Assembly: GCA_017456905.1 (NCBI GenBank)
Contig: JAFTIL010000017.1
Coordinates: 18,313-82,312 of the forward strand
Reading direction: 5' to 3'
DNA length: 64,000 nt
Source of the DNA: Clostridia bacterium
GTDB lineage: Bacteria; Bacillota; Clostridia; Oscillospirales; CAG-272
Part shown: positions 30,526-40,358 of the stretch, piece by piece
Position numbering within the stretch: the stretch's first letter is position 1
Layout: every line of letters starts with the position of its first letter
Notes under the pieces: model-generated
The model's database searches: none
Seen by the model: the letters and a program-made list of their open reading frames with translations, nothing else
Told to the model about the DNA's origin: nothing
Program-made: the position numbers and the translations under genes

Positions 30526-32148
30526 TTACTTGATTTTCTTCATAATACTCTCATAGGTCAAGCCATATCTCTCGGCAATATCTCTTGCATAGGATTTGCC
30601 GTCGGGTTTGGCGCGAACGATCTTGAAGGAGCGCTTGCCCTCGCCCAGAATGCCCGCCACCAGAGTGTCGATGCGAACGCCACCCGAGGAAAGGGCTTGC
30701 TGATTGATTCGGTCAAGCTCGGCCGCTAGCTCGTGCAGGTGGGTGGAGAAGAGACAGCGGCAACCCACGTGGGCAAGACCTGTCAGCACCTCTGCGGCAA
30801 TGTAGGAGGCCTCGTAGGAGCCCGTCGATGACAGAGACTCATCCAAAAGCACCAGACTTTGGGAGGTCACCACGTCGAAGATCTCGCCGAGACGAGCACA
30901 TTCCTCGCCCAGACGGCCCTTGTCAATGGTGTCATCGGCACCCGTGGGGAAGTGGGTGTAAATACCGTCGGCGGGGCTGATCTCGCAGGTCTTGGCGGGG
31001 AGATACATACCCAACTGTAACATCACTTGGCAAAGTCCGATGGCGCAGGTGATGACCGATTTACCGCCGCGGTTGGGGCCTGTCAGTACGTAAATGAGCG
31101 CGTTTTCGGGGGTCGTGTCCATGACCACGTCGTTGGGAACGACCTCTTCCCCCTCGGCCAGCTTCAGGGCCACGGCGGGATTGTATAGCTCCGATGCTCT
31201 GAACACCCGCGCTTCGGCAGGGAAGAGGGTAGGGGAGCACAAAGGACAACCACGATCCAAAAGGCTCTGCTGGAGCTGAGTGCCCTTGACGATAAACTCG
31301 ATCTCGGGCATGAGGGAGAGCAGAAATTCCGTATTGTCCAACACGTAGCTCTGCACGATCTTCTTCCAGGAGCGCAGCGAAGAGCGATACACATCGTTGA
31401 TGGCGGAGTTGAAGGCCAAGGACAGGGCGGTTTTCTGATTGTCGGATTGCTTCTTGCCAAAGGGAACGAGCTGAGCGATGCAGGTGTACTCGTCGTCCTT
31501 GAAGTTGAGACGCAGAATCTTGTCCAGGGTCTCGCCCGAGCGGAAGGGCTTGGCGTTGACCGACAGCACACCCGCCTGCGCAGGTCGGAGCTGTGCGTCC
31601 AGATTAACGCCGATGGTCACGCTGCGGATCTCGCGTACCCGCTGGGTCAGCTCGGTGAGCTTTTTGTTCAGCTCAGCGTAGTATTCGGACTCGGCGAGCT
31701 CGATAACGCAATCGCAGAGACGGCGGAAGGCGGTTCCTTTGATACCGTCACGGGCGGCTACCATACCCTTGTGGAGGATGTCTACACAGGTGATGTAAAG
31801 CTCGATCTCTGTCATACTGGAAAGATAGGAGGCGGTATCCTCACCGCCTGCATCCTGCTCCAGACGGCGCAACTCGGTGATGTCCTGCAGGACGGGAACA
31901 AGGCGGCGGAGCGTATCTGCCAGCACAGGATTGTTCAGCATATCCGAAAAGGTCTCGTTTCGGTAAGCGATGACTGCAGGATCGGTGGTGAAAAACTCCG
32001 ACAGTGGAGTGGCTTTGGGATTAAAGATCTCAAGCATCCCAAGCTCCTGCAGGGTATACATATCAATATCGGGAACGTTCTTGCCCGACAGATGTGCTCG
32101 TTGAGTCTCACCATCGGGATAAAGCAGGCTGAAATTTTCCAGTTTCAT
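30526..32148 (-). CDS. MutS-related ATPase (domain V only)
   Basis: Walker A TGPNRGGKS, GRLGEE, LLDES, STHLHEL, SYARDIA. Confidence 0.85.
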   Translation of the reverse strand: MKLENFSLLYPDGETQRAHLSGKNVPDIDMYTLQELGMLEIFNPKATPLSEFFTTDPAVIAYRNETFSDMLNNPVLADTLRRLVPVLQDITELRRLEQDAGGEDTASYLSSMTEIELYITCVDILHKGMVAARDGIKGTAFRRLCDCVIELAESEYYAELNKKLTELTQRVREIRSVTIGVNLDAQLRPAQAGVLSVNAKPFRSGETLDKILRLNFKDDEYTCIAQLVPFGKKQSDNQKTALSLAFNSAINDVYRSSLRSWKKIVQSYVLDNTEFLLSLMPEIEFIVKGTQLQQSLLDRGCPLCSPTLFPAEARVFRASELYNPAVALKLAEGEEVVPNDVVMDTTPENALIYVLTGPNRGGKSVITCAIGLCQVMLQLGMYLPAKTCEISPADGIYTHFPTGADDTIDKGRLGEECARLGEIFDVVTSQSLVLLDESLSSTGSYEASYIAAEVLTGLAHVGCRCLFSTHLHELAAELDRINQQALSSGGVRIDTLVAGILGEGKRSFKIVRAKPDGKSYARDIAERYGLTYESIMKKIK

Positions 32149-32231
32149 ATGTTTTGACTCCCTTTCTTTGCGGAAAGTGCGCGTTTTGTTTGAAAATAAA
32201 CAAAATATTTATAAATTAACGAATTGTAGAA

Positions 32232-33050
32232 TTAAATAATACTGACCATGGCGTGTTGTCCGCCCTCCATGACCATTACCTCGGAGAAACCCGCAGTCTG
32301 TAACAGGGCATAGCCCTTGCGGATGCACTTGCCCACGTTCTCGGGGCTGTGTGCGTCGGAGCCTACGGTGATAAGACGACCGCCCTGATCCTTGTATAGC
32401 TTGAGAAGCTCCAGTGTGGGCATGGCGATACCCAGCCCCTTCCACAGAGTGGAGACGTTCAGTTCCAGCGCTATGTCTCGGCGGATCAGCTTTTGGTAGA
32501 CCGCTGTGATCTTGTCGTAATGATGCTTGAAGTCAAAGGGCTTCTTGGCCAGCGTCACATAGCGGTGAATGTAGGTCAGATGTCCCAGGGTGTGAAGTCC
32601 GTCAAAGGATAGCATCTCTAATGTCTCGTCCAGCATCCGATTAAAGAGACTGTGCACGTGGGCCTCGGTCATCATATCGTAGCGAAGCATACAGAAATCG
32701 GGGACGCTTGTGAGATTGTGGAGGGAGCCGATGACGAATTCGTAGGGGTGCTTTTTCAATACGGCTGCGGCCTCAGCGGGATACTGATGGGCGTTGCCCA
32801 ATTCGATGCCCAGAGACAGATGCAGCCGACCCGTATATTTTTCCTTGGCGGCGGCCATGGCCTCCCAGGCTTCGTCAGCGGCGTAGGGGGTGTAGATGCC
32901 CTCTACCTCCCCGTTGATATCGCAATGGTCGGTGATGGCCAAATGGCTGACTCCCGTTTCCAATGCGCGACGGCACAGGGCGTCGGGGGTGGCGTCGGGG
33001 GCACCATCAAAGGAGAATTTCGTATGGGTATGTAAATCGCAGATGATCAT
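32232..33050 (-). CDS. PHP-family histidinol-phosphatase (HisJ/HisK-like)
   Basis: DLHTH, ITDH, GSLH, GSDAH. Confidence 0.85.
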   Translation of the reverse strand: MIICDLHTHTKFSFDGAPDATPDALCRRALETGVSHLAITDHCDINGEVEGIYTPYAADEAWEAMAAAKEKYTGRLHLSLGIELGNAHQYPAEAAAVLKKHPYEFVIGSLHNLTSVPDFCMLRYDMMTEAHVHSLFNRMLDETLEMLSFDGLHTLGHLTYIHRYVTLAKKPFDFKHHYDKITAVYQKLIRRDIALELNVSTLWKGLGIAMPTLELLKLYKDQGGRLITVGSDAHSPENVGKCIRKGYALLQTAGFSEVMVMEGGQHAMVSII

Positions 33051-33202
33051 GATAAACCTCGAGAAAAAACATATATTCCATTATATTATAGCACACTTCG
33101 GTGAATTTGTATAGGGGGTTGGAGAAAATTTTGAAATTTGTTCGTTTAGATTTGACCAACAACAATTTGTCGTTCCTGCTCCACAATTTTCTTCCCCACC
33201 TA

Positions 33203-33231
33203 TTGACAAAATCCTCCGTTGTAGGTATAAT
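33203..33231 (+). promoter_or_regulatory. consensus sigma-A promoter of the GH2 gene
   Basis: TTGACA-17 bp-TATAAT. Confidence 0.8.
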
Positions 33232-33277
33232 AAGAACTGGTAATTTACCCCAAAATATCAAAAGAGAGGTTACAGAT

Positions 33278-34999
33278 ATGAGCCACAACATCCCCCGTCC
33301 CGAATACCCCCGCCCTCAATTCGTGAGAGATCAATGGATCAACCTCAACGGCGCCTGGGAATACCAGACTGACCGCGGTATGAGCGGCGATCAAAGAGGC
33401 TATCAGAACGGCGCTGTATTCACCGAGACCATCACTGTCCCCTTCTGCCGTGAAAGCGAGCTTTCAGGAATCAACGATAAGGATTTCTGCGATTGCGTCT
33501 GGTACCGCAAGAAGCTGACTTTGCCCGAGGGCTGGCAGAACGGCCGCCGCACCATTCTTCATATCGGTGCCTGCGACTATATTACCCATGTCTGGGTCAA
33601 CGGTAAGTTTATCGGCGACCATATCGGTGGTTACGTGGCTTTTTCCTTTGATATTACTGAGGCTTTGGTCGAAGGCGAGAACGCCATCACCATCCGTGCC
33701 ATCGACCACACCCGCACGGGAGATCAGCCCGTGGGCAAGCAGTGTCAGCAATATCATTCTGCAGGCTGCTCCTACACCCGTACCACGGGTATCTGGCAGA
33801 CCGTGTGGCTGGAGAACGTGGCCAATGATTATATCGCAAGCACCAAGTACTATCCCGATATTGACAACAAGAAGCTGGTCATCGAGGCTCATGTAGTGGG
33901 CGGCGAGGGCATGACTCTGTCTGCCGACGCCTCCTTCGTGGGCGTTCCTCAGGGCCACGGCGAGGCTATTGTCCACGGCGGCAAGGCGACCCTTGAAATT
34001 CCCTTGGAGGAACTGTATCTGTGGGAAACCGGGAAGGGAAGACTCTATGATCTGACCCTGACTCTCGGTGAGGATCGCGTGGCTTCTTACTTTGGTATGC
34101 GCCGTGTGGAAGCCCGTGACGGTATCCTTTACATCAACCATAAACCCGTGTTTCAACGCCTGATCCTTGACCAGGGCTTCTATCCCGACGGTATTTACAC
34201 CGCCTCCTGTGAGGGCGAGCTGATTGCTGATATCGACCGCTCCATGGCTATGGGCTTTAACGGCGCACGTCTCCACCAGAAGGTCTTTGAGCCCCGCTTC
34301 CTCTACTGGTGCGACGTGAAGGGCTATATCGTTTGGGGTGAGCACGCAAACTGGGGCCTGGATATTTCCCGCCAGACCGCTTACGAGAACTTCCTCCCCG
34401 AGTGGTGTGAGATCATGGCACGCGACTTCAACCATCCCGCCATTGTCGGTTGGTGCCCTCTGAATGAGACCCAGCCCAACCAGAATCCCCGCTTTGTACG
34501 TCTGCTGGCTACCATTACCCGCCAGTACGATAACACCCGTGCCTACATTGATTCCTCGGGATGGGTGCATATCAAGGGCGTGACCGATATCATGGATATC
34601 CATGACTACGAGCAGAACCCCGAGGTCTTTGCCAAGAAGCTGGCCCCCCTGGCAGAGGGCGGCACTTATGACGTTCATTGGCACTGCCCCTCTATGTCTA
34701 TGCCCGAGCATCCCACCTTCGTGTCCGAGTACGGCGGCATCCGTTGGGCATCCAAGGAAGACGCGGGCTGGGGCTACGGCGTAGCGCCTATGTCCGAGGA
34801 AGAATTCCTGAACCGCTTCAAGGGGCTCACCGAGGCCATCCTGTTCCATCCTGCCATGGGCGGTCTTTGCTACACCCAGCTCACCGACGTTGAGCAGGAG
34901 GTCAACGGCCTTTATACTTATGAAAGACAGGCCAAGTTCGACCCCGAATTTTTCCGCAACGTATTGGAGCAGCCTGCTGCTATCGAAAAAGAAAATTGA
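33278..34999 (+). CDS. glycoside hydrolase family 2
   Basis: PRPEYPRPQF, GIWQTVWLE, LDQGFYPDG, NE and SEYGG catalytic motifs, YTQLTDVEQEVNG. Confidence 0.92.
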   Translation: MSHNIPRPEYPRPQFVRDQWINLNGAWEYQTDRGMSGDQRGYQNGAVFTETITVPFCRESELSGINDKDFCDCVWYRKKLTLPEGWQNGRRTILHIGACDYITHVWVNGKFIGDHIGGYVAFSFDITEALVEGENAITIRAIDHTRTGDQPVGKQCQQYHSAGCSYTRTTGIWQTVWLENVANDYIASTKYYPDIDNKKLVIEAHVVGGEGMTLSADASFVGVPQGHGEAIVHGGKATLEIPLEELYLWETGKGRLYDLTLTLGEDRVASYFGMRRVEARDGILYINHKPVFQRLILDQGFYPDGIYTASCEGELIADIDRSMAMGFNGARLHQKVFEPRFLYWCDVKGYIVWGEHANWGLDISRQTAYENFLPEWCEIMARDFNHPAIVGWCPLNETQPNQNPRFVRLLATITRQYDNTRAYIDSSGWVHIKGVTDIMDIHDYEQNPEVFAKKLAPLAEGGTYDVHWHCPSMSMPEHPTFVSEYGGIRWASKEDAGWGYGVAPMSEEEFLNRFKGLTEAILFHPAMGGLCYTQLTDVEQEVNGLYTYERQAKFDPEFFRNVLEQPAAIEKEN

Positions 35000-35006
35000 T
35001 CTTCCC

Positions 35007-35036
35007 AAGGGCATCTTCGGATGCCCTTTTCTTTTT
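35007..35036 (+). terminator. intrinsic terminator
   Basis: AAGGGCATC-TTCG-GATGCCCTT plus T run. Confidence 0.8.
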
Positions 35037-35143
35037 CAACTGGCCTATGAGCTTTCTTTATGAAATTTGGATGAAATTCGAGTGAAGTGTTCTTGCTTTG
35101 GCGATATTGTCAAATATTTTTAAAATTTGTGCAATTTGAGTGC

Positions 35144-35172
35144 TTTACAATTTGGAAAGATTGTGCTATAAT
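35144..35172 (+). promoter_or_regulatory. sigma-A promoter
   Basis: TTTACA-17 bp-TATAAT, extended -10. Confidence 0.7.
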
Positions 35173-35227
35173 AACAATAAGATGACCGCTCAGGGCGATC
35201 ACAATTATCCTAAAAGGAGAGAAAACT

Positions 35228-36865
35228 ATGAAAAAAGTGCTTGCACTGATCATTGCCGCTATGATGATCGTTTCCATGATCCCCGTAATGGCAATCACCT
35301 CTTCCGCCGCTGACGTAGACGGCGATTGGATCACCTATCGTTTTTCCGATGGCTACAAGGAGCCCGAACCCGGCGAGGAGCCTTCCTATACCCCTGCCCC
35401 CGGCTTCGAGTATAACGATGAGGGCTTCCACATGACCTCCGCTGACTACACGGGTATCACCCCCTCCGGTACCATCCAGTCCAAGGACAAGGTGAACATC
35501 AAGGACGGCGTTTACATGGAGCTGCGTATCGACCAGTATCCCTACGGCGGCGAAAAAGGTGTCGACCACTGGATCTGCTTCAGCATCATGGACAGCCAGA
35601 AGGTCCATCCCGGTAACACCACGGATGGCTACGGCCAGGGCTGGCAGAGCCTTTGCCGCACCCCCGGCAACGGCGGTGCAGGTCCTCTGCAGAGCTTTGT
35701 CGTCGGTGAAGGCACGGCAGGCTGGATGCAACAGACCCCCGACCTTTCCGTCGCTCCTGCGACGGACGAGAACGGCAAGGAGATCTATACCTTTGAGATC
35801 GCTTACGACGGTTCTAACTACACCATTTCTATCGGCGGTGTTGTTGTCAGCGGTTGTGAAAACATCACCAAGCACCTCAACTCGCTGAATCCCAACGGCG
35901 AGTTCTACATCGGCGTGTCCTTCCACGCAGCTGTTGCCGATGCTCCCATGGAGGCTACCATGCTGAAGTTCGGTACCTCTAAGGAAACTGCCGAGAAGCC
36001 CGTCGGCTCCGACTCCGCGCTGCCTGAGGAGAACATCAACGTAAAGGCTCCCATCGCTGATTCCAGCAAGATCGAGACCAATATGCCTTGCCTGCTGTTC
36101 GACGCCACCGGTACCTCCTATGCCGGCGAGGTTCCCGTTTCCGGTTTGGATATGTCCGCTCAGGGCGATAACTCTTTCAAGGTTGCGCCCGCAGTTACTT
36201 CCGGCTACTTTACCTGGAACATCAGAAACTCCCTCTCTTACGAAGCATCCGATTTCCCTGTCATCGGTTTCTTCATGCACGACCCCAATGAGATCCTCTC
36301 TGCCACGGAAATTTACTATTGCGCAGGCGAAAATATGTCCGCAGGCGCCAATGTTCTGATGAGCTACTCTATTTATGATGAGGCTAACAAGCACTGGGGC
36401 GAAAATGAAGAGTACACCTTCGTGGTCATCGATATGAAGGAAATGCTGGGTGAGGAAGGCTTTGCTGAGGGTTGGTCCGGCCGTATCAACAACCTGCGCT
36501 TTGACTTCAGAGAGTTGTATCTCAACGAGCCCGTTGATCCCGAGACCGACTACTTTACCTTCCACTATGCAGGTATCTTCCGCTCCGTAGAGGAAGCTTA
36601 CGCTTACCAGGATGCTTACGCTGAGAAGCTCAACCTGGGCGAGGCTGCGACCGAGGAGCCCACCGAGGAGCCCACCGATGCTCCCACCGATGCTCCCACC
36701 GAGGAAGCTACCGATGCTCCTACCGGCGAGGCCGGCACCAAGACCGAGGACAAGACCGACGCTTCCAACACCGGTGACGGTGAGGGCTGCGCTTCCGTTG
36801 TCGGCTCTGTGGCCGTTCTGATGGCTGCTGCCGTTGCCGCTGTCGCTCTCAAGAAGAGAGACTGA
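35228..36865 (+). CDS. secreted acidic surface protein with PT linker and Gly-Cys C-terminal anchor (paralog A)
   Basis: Sec signal peptide (..TSSA/A), TEEP/TDAP repeats, tail GCASVVGSVAVLMAAAVAAVALKKRD; strongly biased codon usage. Confidence 0.85.
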   Translation: MKKVLALIIAAMMIVSMIPVMAITSSAADVDGDWITYRFSDGYKEPEPGEEPSYTPAPGFEYNDEGFHMTSADYTGITPSGTIQSKDKVNIKDGVYMELRIDQYPYGGEKGVDHWICFSIMDSQKVHPGNTTDGYGQGWQSLCRTPGNGGAGPLQSFVVGEGTAGWMQQTPDLSVAPATDENGKEIYTFEIAYDGSNYTISIGGVVVSGCENITKHLNSLNPNGEFYIGVSFHAAVADAPMEATMLKFGTSKETAEKPVGSDSALPEENINVKAPIADSSKIETNMPCLLFDATGTSYAGEVPVSGLDMSAQGDNSFKVAPAVTSGYFTWNIRNSLSYEASDFPVIGFFMHDPNEILSATEIYYCAGENMSAGANVLMSYSIYDEANKHWGENEEYTFVVIDMKEMLGEEGFAEGWSGRINNLRFDFRELYLNEPVDPETDYFTFHYAGIFRSVEEAYAYQDAYAEKLNLGEAATEEPTEEPTDAPTDAPTEEATDAPTGEAGTKTEDKTDASNTGDGEGCASVVGSVAVLMAAAVAAVALKKRD

Positions 36866-36875
36866 TTTTAAATCT

Positions 36876-36906
36876 AAGCTCCTCCGCTTTGGCGGGGGAG
36901 CTTTTC
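36876..36906 (+). terminator. intrinsic terminator
   Basis: AAGCTCCTCCGC/GCGGGGGAGCTT plus T tail. Confidence 0.75.
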
Positions 36907-36998
36907 TGCTGATGCGTGTAAGTGAACATTCCTTGTTCTCTGAAAAAGGTTGTGCAACAAGACCATATTTCACCCGAATATTTGTTCATTTTGCACGA

Positions 36999-37027
36999 TT
37001 TACATTTCAAGAAATCTGTGGTATAAT
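36999..37027 (+). promoter_or_regulatory. sigma-A promoter
   Basis: TTTACA-17 bp-TATAAT, extended -10; same architecture as the paralog A promoter. Confidence 0.7.
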
Positions 37028-37093
37028 TAACCCACGAATGACCATCGAAAGGTGGTCATGATTTTCCCAAAAACAAAAAAGGAGAGAAACACC

Positions 37094-38749
37094 ATGAAAA
37101 AAGTGCTTGCACTGATCATTGCCGCTATGATGATCGTTTCTATGATCCCCGTAATGGCAATCACTACTTCGGCTGCTGACGTGGAAGGCGACTTTATGAC
37201 CTACCGCTTCGCAGGCGGCTACGACGAGCCTGAAGAGGACGAGGAGCCTTCCTACATCCCCGCTTCCGGCTACGAGTACACCGCTGATGGTTTCCAGACC
37301 ATCCCCCCCAGCTTTAAGAACACTAACCCCAACCTCTGCATCCAGACCAAGGATAAGGTTTCCCTTAAGGATGGCGTATACATGGATCTTCGTATCGATG
37401 AGTACGCTTACCGTGGCACCGACGGAACCGCCGATGCTTGGATCGCCTTCTCTATCTGGGATAGCCAGACCCTTTCTCCCGGTTCTCTGAACTACGGTCA
37501 GGGTTGGCTCTGCCTGCTCCGCCGTCCTCAGGGTGTTGCTGACACCCAGCCCGGTCATGCTGCTACCGTTGAGAGCTATATCTCCAGCGATAAGGCCTTT
37601 GCTCACCAGGGTGGCGTTTTCACCCCTGTAACTCCTACTGTTGACGACGCAGGCTTTGAGCACAACACCCTCCAGGTGACCTACGACGGCACCAACTACC
37701 ACATCCTGGTTGACGGTGCTGAGGTTGCCGGCTCCGAGGCTATCACCGCTCACTTCAACAACCTGGATCCCAACGGCGAGTTCTACATCGGCGTTTCCAT
37801 CCAGTCCGGTGTGTTTGAGAGCAACATCAAGACCACCATTACCAAGTGGGGTACTGATCCCGAGAGTGCTGAGACTCCTACCGGTTCCGACTCTGAGGTT
37901 CCTGAGGAGAACATCCTGTGGGTAGCCGATATGATGGACTCCTCTACTGTTGAAGAGGGTCAGCCCGCTCTGCTGTTTGATGCAGAGGGCAAGTACTACA
38001 GCGGTAAGCTGGGTACCATGAACCTGGATCTCGAGCCTCAGGGCGACAATTCCTTCAAGGTAAATGCTTCCAGCCACGTTGGTTATTTCACTTGGGGTAT
38101 TAAGCGCGACTATTCCTATGAGGCCGCTGATTTCCCTGTTATCGCTATGCTCGTTAAGGATGAGCACGCGCTCTTTGATACCGGTGTTCTGCGTTACTCC
38201 GCAGGTAAGTATCAGAGTGCTGATGATACTCATATGCTCACCTACACCTACTGGGATGAGGATTGCCTCTACTTCGGTGAGGATGAGGAGTACACCCTGA
38301 TCGTTATCGACCTGAAGACGCTTCTTGACGAGGCCGCCTTTGCTGATGGCTGGTCCGGTCGTATCAACTCCTTCCGTTTCGACTTCAACGCTCTGGACGT
38401 TGATGAAACTAACGTTGATCCCGAGACCGACTACTTCAACCTGCACTGGGCAGGCGTGTTCCGCTCCGTGGAAGACGCTCAGAACTACGGTACTACCTAC
38501 ATGAAGGAAAAGCTCAACCTCGAGCAGAGCACCGAGAGTCCCACCGAGGAGCCCACTGACGCTCCCACCGAGGAACCCACCGACGCTCCCACCGAGGAAG
38601 CTACCAAGGCTCCCGAGGCCGGCACTAAGACTGAGGACAAGACCGACGCTCCCGACACTCAGGAGTCCGGTTGCGCTTCCGTTGTCGGTTCCGTTGCAGT
38701 TCTGATGGCTGCCGCTGCTGCCGCTGTCGTTCTGAAGAAGAGAGACTAA
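37094..38749 (+). CDS. secreted acidic surface protein with PT linker and Gly-Cys C-terminal anchor (paralog B)
   Basis: Near-identical signal peptide to paralog A; tail GCASVVGSVAVLMAAAAAAVVLKKRD. Confidence 0.85.
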   Translation: MKKVLALIIAAMMIVSMIPVMAITTSAADVEGDFMTYRFAGGYDEPEEDEEPSYIPASGYEYTADGFQTIPPSFKNTNPNLCIQTKDKVSLKDGVYMDLRIDEYAYRGTDGTADAWIAFSIWDSQTLSPGSLNYGQGWLCLLRRPQGVADTQPGHAATVESYISSDKAFAHQGGVFTPVTPTVDDAGFEHNTLQVTYDGTNYHILVDGAEVAGSEAITAHFNNLDPNGEFYIGVSIQSGVFESNIKTTITKWGTDPESAETPTGSDSEVPEENILWVADMMDSSTVEEGQPALLFDAEGKYYSGKLGTMNLDLEPQGDNSFKVNASSHVGYFTWGIKRDYSYEAADFPVIAMLVKDEHALFDTGVLRYSAGKYQSADDTHMLTYTYWDEDCLYFGEDEEYTLIVIDLKTLLDEAAFADGWSGRINSFRFDFNALDVDETNVDPETDYFNLHWAGVFRSVEDAQNYGTTYMKEKLNLEQSTESPTEEPTDAPTEEPTDAPTEEATKAPEAGTKTEDKTDAPDTQESGCASVVGSVAVLMAAAAAAVVLKKRD

Positions 38750-38780
38750 TTCTTCTTTTCGGCGAATAAAAGTATCTTTT

Positions 38781-38810
38781 ACCCCCGATGCTGCGGCATC
38801 GGGGGTTTTT
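38781..38810 (+). terminator. intrinsic terminator
   Basis: ACCCCCGATGC/GCATCGGGGGT plus T run. Confidence 0.8.
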
Positions 38811-38929
38811 CTATGAAAAATACGGCAAAAATGAAAAAATCCTTCGGTTATTTACATTTAGTTTACAAAATGGTGGTATAGTAAGCCATGTGAAAATCGT
38901 ACAGTAGAATACTGTGCAGGGGGGATATC

Positions 38930-39709
38930 ATGCTTCGTTTAATCTACGTCATCATCATGCGGATCGGATCTATCATGTACTTCGTTCCCAAGATGAGAAA
39001 ATATGCCCGCCACCCCGAGATCTATACCGAGGAGGACTGTCATGAGTTGGCCAAGGTCATGATCCGCAAGGTGGCTAAAACTGCCCGTATCACGACGAAA
39101 GTCTACGATGCGGAAAACCTGCCCTCCGAGGGCGGCTTCGTGCTGTTCTCCAATCACCAAAGCAAATTCGATGCCTTGGGGATCATGGAGGCCTTGCCCC
39201 GACCCTGTCGTGTCCTGATGGATTTGAAACGTTCAAAAATGCCGCTGGCCAACGAATACGTGGCTCTTGTCAGAGGAAAACGCCTGGACAAAAGCAACAT
39301 TCGCCAGCAGGTCACCTGCTTCCGCGAGATCTCCGAGGAGGTGGCAGATGGCAAGGTATATCTTGTCTTCCCCGAGGGCGGTTACGTCAAGGGGCAGACC
39401 AATCGCATGGGCGTGTTTCACGGCGGCTGCTTCCGTACGGCCGTGCGTGCCAAGGCTCCCATTGTCCCCGTGGCACTGGTTGATCTCTACAAGACCTTTG
39501 GGCGCAATTCTCTCCGAAAGGTGTCCTGTCAGGTTTATTTTCTGCCCGCTATCCCTTACGAGGAGTATCAGCATATGACGAGTGCTGCGCTGGCTGGGCG
39601 GGTACAGGCTGATATCGCACAAAAGATCCGGGAGGTCACGGGGGAGGACGTCATGCCTGCTTCGAGCGACACGGGCGTCAACCTGCAGAATATTTCTATG
39701 GGAGCATGA
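38930..39709 (+). CDS. plsC: 1-acyl-sn-glycerol-3-phosphate acyltransferase
   Basis: NHQSKFD and FPEG motifs, APIVPV. Confidence 0.85.
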   Translation: MLRLIYVIIMRIGSIMYFVPKMRKYARHPEIYTEEDCHELAKVMIRKVAKTARITTKVYDAENLPSEGGFVLFSNHQSKFDALGIMEALPRPCRVLMDLKRSKMPLANEYVALVRGKRLDKSNIRQQVTCFREISEEVADGKVYLVFPEGGYVKGQTNRMGVFHGGCFRTAVRAKAPIVPVALVDLYKTFGRNSLRKVSCQVYFLPAIPYEEYQHMTSAALAGRVQADIAQKIREVTGEDVMPASSDTGVNLQNISMGA

Positions 39710-39720
39710 TCCCAATCATA

Positions 39721-39778
39721 AAGAACATCAAAGGGCGGTTCGCTTGAGAGCGGATGGTGATTTGGTGTTCTTTTTTTG
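39721..39778 (+). terminator. probable intrinsic terminator
   Basis: AAGAACATCAAA...TTTGGTGTTCTT stem followed by T runs. Confidence 0.55.
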
Positions 39779-39821
39779 CTTTTTTGCATATGATGAGATA
39801 ACCAGATCGGGAGGTAGATCC

Positions 39822-40322
39822 ATGAAGCAACCTTATATTTCTGCGCCTGTGAGAGCCTATACACTTTTCGAAAATACCCTTTGCCGCCGTTTGCGGGTGG
39901 GTGCTTGCCCTGTTTTGACCGTCAAAGTCATCTATCCTACTTTGGAGCCGAGGGAAGGAGAGACAGGAAAAAATGGCGTGGTGCAGGCTACGGAACGCGC
40001 CGCTGAACGGTTTAATTCCTGTTATATCAACGCCGCCGAGGCTTTTGCCGAAGGATGTCTCAACCGTTGGGGACCCGACATGGAGGCGGATTATCTTGCT
40101 CTTCCCGTGGACGGACGGTATCTGTATGCCCGCCGCGTGGTGACTTGTATGATGGCTCCGAAGGAATTATCGTCTTTAGGCGACGCCTTGCGGGTGGAGA
40201 TCATCCAAACCGATGGTCGGGGGAAAGGGCGGGATACTGCTGTTCGCGTGGTGACAGAGCACCTGTGGCAGTTTCCTCACGGCACCTTCAAAAGACCGCC
40301 GAAATTCTTAAAAAAATTATGA
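39822..40322 (+). CDS. hypothetical protein
   Basis: GGGAGG RBS before ATG 39822; 166-aa open frame; no motif recognised with confidence. Confidence 0.6.
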   Translation: MKQPYISAPVRAYTLFENTLCRRLRVGACPVLTVKVIYPTLEPREGETGKNGVVQATERAAERFNSCYINAAEAFAEGCLNRWGPDMEADYLALPVDGRYLYARRVVTCMMAPKELSSLGDALRVEIIQTDGRGKGRDTAVRVVTEHLWQFPHGTFKRPPKFLKKL

Positions 40323-40329
40323 AAAACTA

Positions 40330-40358
40330 TTGAAAAATCACGGCTATTGTGGTACAAT
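40330..40358 (+). promoter_or_regulatory. sigma-A promoter of the V-ATPase operon
   Basis: TTGAAA-17 bp-TACAAT with extended -10. Confidence 0.6.
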
